From contig OZ024746.1 in the NCBI GenBank assembly GCA_964016885.1, positions 52,328,001 to 52,392,000 of the forward strand: DNA of 64,000 nucleotides. Direction: 5' to 3'. The notes below the pieces were generated by a model. It had not been told where the DNA came from. It searched no databases and saw nothing but the letters and a program-made list of their open reading frames with translations. This document shows positions 15,001 through 29,400 of this stretch, one piece after another; positions within the stretch are counted from its first letter, which is position 1, and every line of letters begins with the position of its first letter. Source of the DNA: Eledone cirrhosa (lineage: Eukaryota). The translations under genes and the position numbers were made by a program.

Positions 15001-18000
15001 TACTTTGTATGGAGTAGTGTATGGTATAGAATGGTGTATATAGGTGTGTGTTGTATGGTATGGAATTCTATGAATTGGGTATGTTATATTTAGTATGGAG
15101 TAGTGTATGGTATAGCATGGTGTATATAGCTGTGTGTTGTATGGTATGGAATTCTATATATTGGGTATGTTATATTTAGTATGGAGTAGTGTATGGCATA
15201 GACTGGTGTATATAGGTGTGTGTTGTATGGTATCGAATGCTATGTATTGGGTATGTTATACTTTGTATGGAGTAGTGTATGGTATAGTATGGTGTATATA
15301 GGTGTGTGTTGTATGGAATTCTATGTATTGGGTATGTTATACTTAGTATGGAGTATTTTCTGGTATATAATGGTGTATATAGGTGTGTGTTGTATGGTAT
15401 GGAATTCTATGTATTGATTATGTTAAACTTAGTATGGAGTAGTGTATGGCATAGAATGGTGTATATAGGTGTGTCTTGTATGGTATGGAATTCTATATTT
15501 TCGGTATGTTATACTTAGTATGGAGCAGTGTATGGTATAGTATGGTGTATATAGGTGTGTCTTGTATGGTAAGGAATTCTATGTATTAGGTATGTTATAC
15601 TTTGAATAGAGTAGTGTATGGTATAGAATTGTGTATATAGGTGTGTGTTGAATGGTAGGGAATTATATGTATTGGGTATGTTATACTTAATATGGAGTAG
15701 TGTATGGTATAGAATGGTGTATATAGGTGTGTGTTGTACGGTATAGAATTCTATGTATTAGGTATGTTATACTGAGTATGGAGTAGTGTATGGTATGGAA
15801 TGGTGTATATAGGTGTGTGTTGTATGGTATGGAATTCTATGAATTGGGTATGTTATATTTAGTATGGAGTAATGTATGGTATAGAATGGTGTATATAGGT
15901 GTGTGTTGTATGGTATGGAATTCTATGTATTGGGTATGTTATATTTAGTATGGAGTAATGTATGGCATAGACTGGTGTATATAGGTGTATGTTGTATGGT
16001 ATGGAATGCTATGTATTGGGTATGTTATACTTTGTATGGAGTAGTGTATGGTATAGAATGGTGTATATAGGTGTGTGTTGTATGGTATGGAATTCTATGT
16101 ATTGGGTATGTTATACTTAGTATGGAGTAGTGTATGGTATAGAATGGTGTATATAGGTGTGTGTTGTATGGTATGGAATTCTATATATTGGGTATGTTAT
16201 CATTAATATGGAGTAGTGTATGGTATAGAATGGTGTATAAAGCAGTGTGTTGTATGGTATGGAATTCTATGTATTAGTTATGTTATACTTTGAATAGAGT
16301 AGTGTATGACATAGTATGGTATATATAGATGTGTGTTGTACGGTATGGAATTCTATGTATTGGGTATGTTATACTTAGTATGGAGTAGTGTATGGGATAG
16401 TATGGTGTATATAGGTGTGTCTTGTATGGTAAGGAATTCTATGTATTGGGTATGTTATACTTTGAATAGAGTAGTGTATGGTATAGAATGGTGTATATAG
16501 GTGTGTGTTGAATGGTAGGGAATTATATGTATTGGGTATGTTATACTTAATATGGAGTAGTGTATGGTATAGAATGGTGTATATAGGTGTGTGTTGTACG
16601 GTATGGAATTCTATGTATTAGGTATGTTATACTGAGTATGGAGTAGTGTATGGTATAGAATGGTGTATATAGGTGTGTGTTGTATGGTATGGAATTCTAT
16701 GAATTGGGTATGTTATATTTAGTATGGAGTAATGTATGGTATAGAATGGTGTATATAGGTGTGTGTTGTATGGTATGGAATTCTATGTATTGAGTATGTT
16801 ATATTTAGTATGGAGTAGTGTATGGCATAGACTGGTTTATATAGGTGTGTGTTGTATGGTATGGAATGCTATGTATTGGGTATGTTATACTTTGTATGGA
16901 GTAGTGTATGGTATAGAATGGTGTATATAGGTGTGTGTTGTATGGTATGGAATTCTATGTATTGGGTATGTTATACTTAGTATGGAGTAGTGTATGGTAT
17001 AGAATGGTGTATATAGGTGTATGTTGTATGGTATGGAATGCTATGTATTGGGTATGTTATACTTTGTATCGAGTAGTGTATGGTATAGTATGGTGTATAT
17101 AGGTGTGTGTTGTATGGAATTCTATGTATTGGGTATGTTATACTTAGTATGGAGTAGTTTATGGTATAGAATGGTGTATATAGGTGTGTGTTGTATGGTA
17201 TGGAATGCTATGTATTGGGTATGTTATACTTTGTATGGAGTAGTGTATGGTATAGAATGGTGTATATAGGTGTGTGTTGTATGGAATTCCATGTATTGGG
17301 TATGTTATACTTAGTATGGAGTAGTTTATGGCATAGACTGGTGTATATAGGTGTGTGTTGTATGGTATGGAATGCTATGTATTGGGTATGTTATACTTTG
17401 TATGGAGTAGTGTATGGTATAGAATGGTGTATATAGGTGTGTGTTGTATGGTATGGAATTCTATGTATTGGGTATGTTATACTTAGTATGGAGTAGTGTA
17501 TGGTATAGAATGGTGTATATAGGTGTGTGTTGTATGGTATGGAATTCTCTGTATTGATTATGTTAAATTTAGTATGGAGTAGTGTATGGCATAGAATGGT
17601 GTATATAGGTGTGTGTTGTATGGTATGGAATTATATGTATTGGGTATGTTATACTTAGTATGGAGTAGTGTATGCCATAGACTGGTGTATATAGGTGTGT
17701 GTTGTATGGTATGGAATTCTATGTATTCGGTATGTTATACTTAGTAAGGAGTAGCGTATGGTATAGTATGGTGTATATAGGTGTGTCTTGTATGGTATGG
17801 AATTCTATGTATTGGGTATGTTATACTTAGTATGGAGTAGTGTATGCCATAGACTGGTGTATATAGGTGTGTGTTGTATGGTATGGAATTCTATGAATTG
17901 GGTATGTTATATTTAGTATGGAGTAGTGTATGGTATAGCATGGTGTATATAGGTGTGTGTTGTATGGCATGGAATTCTATACATTGGGTATGTTATATTT

Positions 18001-21000
18001 AGTATGGAGTAGTGTATGGCATAGACTGGTGTATATAGGTGTGTGTTGTATGGTATGGAATGCTATGTATTGGGTATGTTATACTTTGTATGGAGTAGTG
18101 TATGGTATAGTATGGTGTATATAGGTGTGTGTTGTATGGAATTCTATGTATTGGGTATGTTATACTTAGTATGGAGTAGTTTATTGTATATAATGGTGTA
18201 TATAGGTGTGTGTTGTATGGTATGGAATTCTATGTATTGATTATGTTAAACTTAGTATGGAGTAGTGTATGGCATAGAATGGTGTATATAGGTGTGTGTT
18301 GTATGGTATGGAATTCTATGTATTCGGTATGTTATACTTAGTATGGAGTAGTGTATGGGATAGTATGGTGTATATAGGTGTGTCTTGTATGGTAAGGAAT
18401 TCTATGTATTAGGTATGTTATACTTTGAATAGAGTAGTGTATGGTATAGAATGGTGTATATAGGTGTGTGTTGAATGGTAGGGAATTATATGTATTGGGT
18501 ATGTTATACTTAATATGGAGTAGTGTATGGTATAGAATGGTGTATATAGGTGTGTGTTGTACGGTATGGAATTCTATGTATTAGGTATGTTATACTGAGT
18601 ATGGAGTAGTGTATGGTATAGAATGGTGTATATAGGTGTGTGTTGTATGGTATGGAATTCTATGAATTGGGTATGTTATATTTAGTATGGAGTAATGTAT
18701 GGTATAGAATGGTGTATATAGGTGTGTGTTGTATGGTATTGAATTCTATGTATTGAGTATGTTATATTTAGTATGGAGTAGTGTATGGCATAGACTGGTG
18801 TATATAGGTGTGTGTTGTATGGTATGGAATGCTATGTATTGGGTATGTTATACTTTGTATGGAGTAGTGTATGGTATAGAATGGTGTATATAGGTGTGTG
18901 TTGTATGGTATGGAATTCTATGTATTGGGTATGTTATACTTAGTATGGAGTAGTGTATGGTATAGAATGGTGTATATAGGTGTGTGTTGTATGGTATGGA
19001 ATGCTATGTATTGGGTATGTTATACTGAGTTTGGAGTAGTGTATGGTATAGAATGGTGTATATAGGTGTGTGTTGTATGGTATGGAATTCTATGAATTGG
19101 GTATGTTATATTTAGTATGGAGTAGTGTATGGTATAGACTGGTGTATATAGGTGTGTTGTATGCTCTGGAATTCTATGTATTGGGTATGTTATACTTAGT
19201 ATGGAGTAGTGTATGGTAGAGAATGGTGTATATAGGTGTGTGTTGTATGGTATGGAATTCTATGTATTGGGTATGTTATATTTAGTATGGAGTAGTGTAT
19301 GGTATAGAATGGTGTATATAGGTGTGTGTTGTATGGTATGGAATTCAATGTATTGGGTGTGTTATACTTAGTATGGAGTAGTGTATGGCATAGACTGTTG
19401 TATATAGGTGTGTGTTGTATGGTATTGAATTCTATGTATGGTGTATGTTATACTTAATATGGAGTAGTGTATGGTATAGAATGGTGTATATAGGTGTGTG
19501 TTGTATGGTATGGAATTCTATGAATTGGGTAAGTTATATTTAGTATGGAGTAGTGTATGGTATAGCATGGTGTATATAGCTGTGTGTTGTATGGTATGGA
19601 ATTCTATATATTGGGTATGTTATATTTAGTATGGAGTAGTGTATGGCATAGACTGGTGTATATAGGTGTGTGTTGTATGGTATCGAATGCTATGTATTGG
19701 GTATGTTATACTTTGTATGGAGTAGTGTATGGTATAGTATGGTGTATATAGGTGTGTGTTGTATGGAATTCTATGTATTGGGTATGTTATACTTAGTAAG
19801 GAGTATTTTCTGGTATATAATGGTGTATATAGGTGTGTGTTGTTTGGTATGGAATTCTATGTATTGATTATGTTAAACTTAGTATGGAGTAGTGTATGGC
19901 ATATAATGGTGTATATAGGTGTGTCTTGTATGGTATGGAATTCTATATTTTCGGTATGTTATACTTAGTATGGAGTAGTGTATGGTATAGTATGGTGTAT
20001 ATAGGTGTGTCTTGTATGGTAAGGAATTCTATGTATTAGGTATGTTATACTTTGAATAGAGTAGTGTATGGTATAGAATTGTGTATATAGGTGTGTGTTG
20101 AATGGTAGGGAATTATATGTATTGGGTATGTTATACTTAATATGGAGTAGTGTATGGTATAGAATGGTGTATATAGGTGTGTGTTGTACGGTATAGAATT
20201 CTATGTATTAGGTATGTTATACTGAGTATGGAGTAGTGTATGGTATAGAATGGTGTATATAGGTGTGTGTTGTATGGTATGGAATTCTATGAATTGGGTA
20301 TGTTATATTTAGTATGGAGTAATGTATGGTATAGAATGGTGTATATAGGTGTGTGTTGTATGGTATGGAATTCTATGTATTGGGTATGTTATATTTAGTA
20401 TGGAGTAATGTATGGCATAGACTGGTGTATATAGGTGTATGTTGTATGGTATGGAATGCTATGTATTGGGTATGTTATACTTTGTATGGAGTAGTGTATG
20501 GTATAGAATGGTGTATATAGGTGTGTGTTGTATGGTATGGAATTCTATGTATTGGGTATGTTATACTTAGTATGGAGTAGTGTATGGTATAGAATGGTGT
20601 ATATAGGTGTGTGTTGTATGGTATGGAATTCTATATATTGGGTATGTTATCATTAATATGGAGTAGTGTATGGTATAGAATGGTGTATAAAGCAGTGTGT
20701 TGTATGGTATGGAATTCTATGTATTAGTTATGTTATACTTTGAATAGAGTAGTGTATGACATAGTATGGTATATATAGATGTGTGTTGTACGGTATGGAA
20801 TTCTATGTATTGGGTATGTTATACTTAGTATGGAGTAGTGTATGGGATAGTATGGTGTATATAGGTGTGTCTTGTATGGTAAGGAATTCTATGTATTAGG
20901 TATGTTATACTTTGAATAGAGTAGTGTATGGTATAGAATGGTGTATATAGGTGTGTGTTGAATGGTAGGGAATTATATGTATTGGGTATGTTATACTTAA

Positions 21001-24000
21001 TATGGAGTAGTGTATGGTATAGAATGGTGTATATAGGTGTGTGTTGTACGGTATGGAATTCTATGTATTAGGTATGTTATACTGAGTATGGAGTAGTGTA
21101 TGGTATAGAATGGTGTATATAGGTGTGTGTTGTATGGTATGGAATTCTATGAATTGTGTATGTTATATTTAGTATGGAGTAGTGTATGGCATAGACTGGT
21201 TTATATAGGTGTGTGTTGTATGGTATGGAATGCTATGTATTGGGTATGTTATACTTTGTATGGAGTAGTGTATGGTATAGAATGGTGTATATAGGTGTGT
21301 GTTGTATGGTATGGAATTCTATGTATTGGGTATGTTATACTTAGTATGGAGTAGTGTATGGTATAGAATGGTGTATATAGGTGTATGTTGTATGGTAGGG
21401 AATGCTATGTATTGGGTATGTTATACTTTGTATCGAGTAGTGTATGGTATAGTATGGTGTATATAGGTGTGTGTTGTATGGAATTCTATGTATTGGGTAT
21501 GTTATACTTAGTATGGAGTAGTTTATGGTATAGAATGGTGTATATAGGTGTGTGTTGTATGGTATGGAATGCTATGTATTGGGTATGTTATACTTTGTAT
21601 GGAGTAGTGTATGGTATAGAATGGTGTATATAGGTGTGTGTTGTATGGAATTCCATGTATTGGGTATGTTATACTTAGTATGGAGTAGTTTATGGCATAG
21701 ACTGGTGTATATAGGTGTGTGTTGTATGGTATGGAATGCTATGTATTGGGTATGTTATACTTTGTATGGAGTAGTGTATGGTATAGAATGGTGTATATAG
21801 GTATGTGTTGTATGGTATGGAATTCTATGTATTGGGTATGTTATACTTAGTATGGAGTAGTGTATGGTATAGAATGGTGTATATAGGTGTGTGTTGTATG
21901 GTATGGAATTCTCTGTATTGATTATGTTAAATTTAGTATGGAGTAGTGTATGGCATAGAATGGTGTATATAGGTGTGTGTTGTATGGTATGGAATTCTAT
22001 GTATTGGGTATGTTATACTTAGTATGGAGTAGTGTATGCCATAGACTGGTGTATATAGGTGTGTGTTGTATGGTATGGAATTCTATGAATTGGGTATGTT
22101 ATATTTAGTATGGAGTAATGTATGGTATAGAATGGTGTATATAGGTGTGTCTTGTATGGTATGGAATTCTATGTATTGGGTATGTTATATTTAGTATGGA
22201 GTAGTGTATGGCATAGACTGGTGTATGTAGGTGTGTGTTGTATGGTATGGAATGCTATGTATTGGGTATGTTATACTTTGTATGGAGTAGTGTATGGTAT
22301 AGAATGGTGTATAAAGGTGTATGTTGTATGGTATGGAATTCTATGTATTGGGTATGTTATACTTAGTATGGAGTAGTGTATGGTATAGAATGGTGTATAT
22401 AGGTGTGTGTTGTATGGTATGGAATTCTATATATTGGGTATGTTATCCTTAATATGGAGTAGTGTATGGTATAGAATGGTGTATAAAGGAGTGTGTTGTA
22501 TGGTATGGAATTCTATGTATTAGATATGTTATATTTTGAATAGAGTAGTGTATGATATAGTATGGTATATATAGATGTGTGTTGTATGGTATGGAATTCT
22601 ATGTATTGGGTATGTTATATTTTTTATGGAGTAGTGTATGGCATAGACTGGTGTATATAGGTGTGTGTTGTATGGTATGGAATTCTATGTATTGGGTATG
22701 TTATACTTTTTATGGAGTAGTGTATGTTATAGAATGGTGTATATAGGTGTGTGTTGTATGGTATGGAATTCTATCTATTGGGTATGTTATACTTAATATG
22801 GAGTAGTGTATGGTTTAGAATGGTGTATATAGGTGTGTGTTGTACGGTATGGAATTCTATGTATTAGGTATGTTATAGTGAGTATGGAGTAGTGTATGGT
22901 ATAGAATGGTGTATATAGGTGTGTGTTGTATGGTATGAAATTCTATGTATTGGGTATGTTATATTTAGTATGGAGTAACGTATGGTATAGAATGGTGTAT
23001 ATAGGTGTGTGTTGTATGGTATGGAATTCTATGTATTGGGTATGTTATACTTAGTATGGAGTAGTGTATGCCATAGACTGGTTTATATAGGTGTGTGTTG
23101 TATGGTATGGAATTCTATGAAATGGGTATGTTATATATAGTATGGAGTAATGTATGGTATAGAATGGTGTATATAGGTGTGTGTTGTATGGTATGGAATT
23201 CTATGTATTGGGTATGTTATATTTAGTATGGAGTAGTGTATGGCATAGACTGGTGTATATAGGTGTGTGTTGTATGGTATGGAATGCTATGTATTGGGTA
23301 TGTTATACTTTGTATGGAGTAGTGTATGGTATAGAATGGTGTATAAAGGTGTATGTTGTATGGTATGGAATTCTATGTATTGGTTATGTTATACTTAGTA
23401 TGGAGTAGTGTATGGTATAGAATGGTGTATATAGGTGTGTGTTGTATGGTATGGAATGCTATGTATAGGGTATGTTATGCTTTGTATGAAGTAGTGTATG
23501 GTATAGTATGGTGTATATAGGTGTGTGTTGTATGGAATTCTATGTATTGGGTATGTTATACTGAGTATGGAGTAGTGTATGGTATAGAATGGTGTATATA
23601 TGTGTGTGTTGCATGATATGGAATTCTGTGTATAGGGTATGTTATACTTAGTATGGAGTAGTGTATGGCATAGACTGCTGTATATAGGTGTGTGTTGTAT
23701 GGTATGGAATTCTATGTATTGGGTATGTTATACTTAGTATGGAGTAGTGTATGCCATAGACTGGTTTATATAGGTGTGTGTTGTATGGTATGGAATTCTA
23801 TGAATTGGGTATGTTATATTTAGTATGGAGTAATGTATGGTGTAGAACGGTGTATATAGGTGTGTGTTATATGGTATGGAATTCTATGTATTAGCTATGT
23901 TATACTGAGTATGGAGTAGTGTATGGTATAGAATGGTGTATATAGGTGTGTGTTGTATGGTATGGAATTCTATGAATTGGGTATGTTATATTTAGTATGG

Positions 24001-25355
24001 AGTAGTGTATGGTATAGACTGGTGTATATAGGTGTGCATTGTAAGGTATGGAATTCTATGTATTGGTTATGTTATACTTAGTATGGAGTAGTGTATGGTA
24101 TATAATGGTGTATATAGGTGTGTGTTGTATGGTAAGGAATTCTATGTATTAGGTATGTTATACTTTGAATAGAGTAGTGTATGGTATAGAATGGTGTATA
24201 TAGGTGTGTGTTGTATGGTATGGAATTATATGTATTGGGTATGTTATACTTAATATGGAGTAGTGTATGGTATAGAATGGTGTATATAGGTGTGTGTTGT
24301 ATGGTATGGAATTCTATGTATTAGGTATATTATACTGAGTATGGAATAGTGTATGGTATAGATTGGTGTATATAGGTGTGTGTTGTATGGTATGGAATTC
24401 TATGTATTGGGTATGTTATACTTAGTATGGTGTAGTGTATGGTATAGAATAGTGTATATAGGTGTGTGTTGTATGGTATGGAATTCTATGTATTGGGTAT
24501 GTTATACTTAGTATGGAGTAGTGTATGGTATAGAATGGTATATATAGATGTGTGTTGTATGGTATGGAATTCTATGTATTGGATATGTTATATTTAGTAT
24601 GGAGTAGTGTATGGTATAGAATGGTGTATATAGGTGTGTGTTGTATGGTATGGAATTCTATGTATTGGGTATGTTATACTTAGTATGGAGTAGTGTATGG
24701 CATAGACTGGTGTATATAGGTCTGTATTGTATGGTATGGAATTCTATGTATTGGGTATGTTATACTTTGTATGGAGTAGTGTATGTTATAGAATGGTGTA
24801 TATAGGTGTGTGTTGTATGATATCGAATTCTATGTATTGGGTATGTTATACTTTGTATGGAGTAGTGTATGGTATAGAATGGTGTATATAGGTGTGTGTT
24901 GTATGGTATGGAATTCTATGTATTGGGTATGTTATACTCAGTATGGAGTAGTGTATGGTATAGAATGGTGTATATATGTGAGTGTTGTATGGTATGAATT
25001 CTATGTATTATGTATGTTATACTGAGTATGGAGTATTGTATGGTATAAAATGGTGTATATAGGTGTGTGTTGTATGGTATGGAATTCTATGAATTGGGTA
25101 TGTTATATTTAGTATGGAGTAGTGCATGGTATAGACTGGTGTATATAGGTGTGTGTTGTATGGTATGGAATTCTATGTATTGGGTATGTTATACTTAGTA
25201 AGGAGTAGTGTATGGTATAGAATGGTGTATATAGGTGTGTGTTGTATGGTAAGGAATTTTATGTATTAGGTATGTTATACTTTGAATAGAGTAGTGTATG
25301 GTATAGAATGGTGTATATAGGTGTGTTGTATGGCATGGAATTCTATGTATTGGGT
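1..25355. repeat. HOR domain I: 17,220-bp near-identical duplication (1-8135 vs 17221-25355) built on ~4.1-4.45-kb sub-blocks
   Basis: Identical spurious ORFs recur at +17220 (823/18043, 2450/19670, 4165/21385, 7590/24810). Copies diverge at 8136 vs 25356. Marker ATGCTCTGGA at 1941, 10511, 14711, 19161. Offsets of 4200 (9366/13566, 10420/14620) and 4114 (11106/15220). Confidence 0.9.
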
Positions 25356-26472
25356 GTGTTATCCTTAATATGGAGTAGTGTATGGTATAGAATGGTGTAT
25401 AAAGGAGTGTGTTGTATGGTATGGAATTCTATGTATTAGGTATGTTATACTGAGTATGGAATAGTGTATGGTATAGATTGGTGTATATAGGTGTGTGTTG
25501 TATGGTATGGAATTCATTGTATTGGGTATGTTATACTTAGTATGGTGAAGTGTATGGTATAGAATGGTGTATATAGGTGTGTGTTGTATGGTATGGAATT
25601 CTATGTATTGGGTATGTTATACTTTGCATGGAGTAGTGTATGTTATAGAATGGTGTATATAGGTGTGTGTTGTATGATATCGAATTCTATGTATTGGGTA
25701 TGTTATACTTTGTATGGAGTAGTGTATGGTATAGAATGGTGTATATAGGTGTGTGTTGTATGGTATGGAATTCTATGTATTAGCTATGTTATAATGAGTA
25801 TGGAGTAGTGTATGGTATAGAATGGTGTATATAGGTGTGTGTTGTATGGTATGGAATTCTATGAATTGGGTATGTTATATTTAGTATGGAGTAGTGTATG
25901 GTATAGACTGGTGTATATAGGTGTGTGTTGTAAGGTATGGAATTCTATGTATTGGTTATGTTATACTTAGTATGGAGTAGTGTATGGTATAGAATGGTGT
26001 ATATAGGTGTGTGTTGTATGGTAAGGAATTCTATGTATTAGGTATGTTATACTTTGAATAGAGTAGTGTATGGTATAGAATGGTGTAAATAGGTGTGTGT
26101 TGTATGGTATGGAATTCTATGTATTGGGTATGTTATACTTAATATGGAGTAGTGTATGGTATAGAATGGTGTATATAGGTGTGTGTTGTATGGTATGGAA
26201 TTCTATGTATTAGGTATGTTATACTGAGTATGGAATAGTGTATGGTATAGATTGGTGTATATAGGTGTGTGTTGTATAGTATGGAATTCTATGTATTGGG
26301 TATGTTATACTTAGTATGGTGTAGTGTATGGTATAGAATGGTGTATATAGGTGTGTGTTGTATGGTATGGAATTCTATGTATTGGGTATGTTATACTTAG
26401 TATGGAGTAGTGTATGGTATAGAATGGTATATATAGATGTGTGTTGTATGGTATGGAATTCTATGTATTGGA

Positions 26473-29400
26473 TATGTTATATTTAGTATGGAGTAGTGTA
26501 TGGTATAGAATGGTGTATATAGGTGTGTGTTGTATGGTATGGAATTCTATGTATTGGGTATGTTATACTTAGTATGGAGTAGTGTATGGCATAGACTGGT
26601 GTATATAGGTCTGTATAGTATGGTATGGAATTCTATGTATTGGGTATGTTATACTTTGTATGGAGTAGTGTATGTTATAGAATGATGTATATAGGTGTGT
26701 GTTGTATGATATCGAATTCTATGTATTGGGTATGTTATACTTTGTATGGAGTAGTGTATGGTATAGAATTGTGTATATAGGTGTGTGTTGTATGGTATGG
26801 AATTCTATGTATTGGGTATGTTATACTTAGTATGGAGTAGTGTATGATATAGAATGGTGTATATAGGTGTGTGTTGTATGGTATGGAATTCTATGTATTG
26901 GGTATGTTATACTGAGTATGGAGTAGTGTATGGTATAGAATGGTGTATATAGGTGTGTGTTGTATGGTATGGAATTCTATGTATTGGTTATGTTATACTT
27001 AGTATGGAGTAGTGTATGGCATAGAATGGTGTATATAGGTGTGTCTTGTATAGTATGGAATTCTATGTATTGGGTATGTTATACTTAACATGGAGTAGTG
27101 TATGGTATAGAATGGTGTATATAGGTGTGTGTTGTAAGGTATGGAATTCTATGTATTGGGTATGTTATACTGAGTATGGAGTAGTGTATGGTATAGAATG
27201 GTGTATATATGTGTGTGTTGTATGGTAAGGAATTCTATGTATTAGGTATGTTATACTGAGTATGGAGTAGTGTATGGTATAGAATGGTGTATATAGGTGT
27301 GTGTTGTATGGTATGGAATTCTTTGAATTGGGTATGTTATATTTAATATGGAGTAGTGCATGGTATAGACTGGTGTATATAGGTGCGTGTTGTATGGTAT
27401 GGAATTCTATGTATTGGGTATGTTATACTTAGTATGGAGTAGTGTATGGTATAGAATGGTGTTAATAGGTGTGTGTTGTATGGTAAGGAATTCTATGTAT
27501 TAGGTATGGTATACTTTGAATAGAGTAGTGTATGGTATAGAATGGTGTATATAGGTGTGTTGTAAGGTATGGAATTCTATGTATTGGTTATGTTATACTT
27601 TGTATGGAGTAGTGTATGGTATAGAATGGTTTATATAGGTCTGTGTTGTATGGTATGGAATTCTATGTATTGGGTATGTTATACTGAGTATGGAGTAGTG
27701 TATGGTATAGAATGGTGTATATATGTGTGTGTTGTATGGTATGGAATTCTATGTATTATGTATGTTATACTGAGTATGGAGTATTGTATGGTATAAAATG
27801 GTGTATATAGGTGTGTGTTGTATGGTATGGAATTCTATGAATTGGGTATGTTATATTTAGTATGGAGTAGTGCATGGTATAGACTGGTGTATACAGGTGT
27901 GTGTTGTATGGTATGGAATTCTATGTATTGGGTATGTTATACATAGTATGGAGTAGTGAATGGTATAGAATGGTGTATATAGGTGTGTGTTGTATGGTAA
28001 GGAATTCTATGTATTAGGTATGTTATACTTTGAATAGAGTAGTGTATGGTATAGAATGGTGTATATAGGTGTGTTGTATGGCATGGAATTCTATGTATTG
28101 GTTATGTTATCCTTAATATGGAGTAGTGTATGGTATAGAATGGTGTATAAAGGAGTGTGTTGTATGGTATGGAATTCTATGTATTAGGTATGTTATACTT
28201 TGAATAGAGTAGTGTATGGTATAGAATGGTGTATATAGGTGTGTGTTGTATGGTATGGAATTCTATGTATTGGGTATGTTATACTTAATATGGAGTAGTG
28301 TATGGTATAGAATGGTGTATATAGGTGTGTGTTGTATGGTATGGAATTCTATGTATTAGCTATGTTATACTGAGTATGGAATAGTGTATGGTATAGATTG
28401 GTGTATATAGGTGTGTGTTGTATGGTATGGAATTCTATGTATTGGGTATGTTATACTTAGTATGGTGTAGTGTATGGTATAGAATGGTGTATATAGGTGT
28501 GTGTTGTATTGTATGGAATTCTATGTATTGGGTATGTTATACTTAGTATGGAGTAGTGTATGGTATAGAATGGTATATATAGATGTGTGTTGTATGGTAT
28601 GGAATTCTATGTATTGGATATGTTATATTTAGTATGGAGTAGTGTATGGTATAGAATGGTGTATATAGGTGTGTGTTGTATGGTATGGAATTCTATGTAT
28701 TGGGTATGTTATACTTAGTATGGAGTAGTGTATGGCATAGACTGGTGTATATAGGTCTGTATTGTATGGTATGGAATTCTATGTATTGGGTATGTTATAC
28801 TTTGTATGGAGTAGTGTATGTTATAGAATGGTGTATATAAGTGTGTGTTGTATGATATCGAATTCTATGTATTGGGTATGTTATACTTTGTATGGAGTAG
28901 TGTATGGTATAGAATGGTGTATATAGGTGTGTGTTGTATGGTATGGAATTCTATGTATTGGGTATGTTATACTGAGTATGGAGTAGTGTATGGTATAGAA
29001 TGGTGTATATATGTGTGTGTTGTATGGTATGGAATTCTATGTATTATGTATGTTATACATAGTATGGAGTATTGTATGGGATAAAATGGTGTATATAGGT
29101 GTGTGTTGTATGGTATGGAATTCTATGAATTGGGTATGTTATATTTAGTATGGAGTAGTGAATGGTATAGAATGGTGTATATAGGTGTGTGTTGTATGGT
29201 AAGGAATTCTATGTATTAGGTATGTTATACTTTGAATAGAGTAGTGTATGGTATAGACTGGTGTATATAGGTGTGTGTTGTATGGTATGGAATTCTATGT
29301 ATTGGGTATGTTATACTTAGTATGGAGTAGTGAATGGTATAGAATGGTGTATATAGGTGTGTGTTGTATGGTAAGGAATTCTATGTATTAGGTATGTTAT

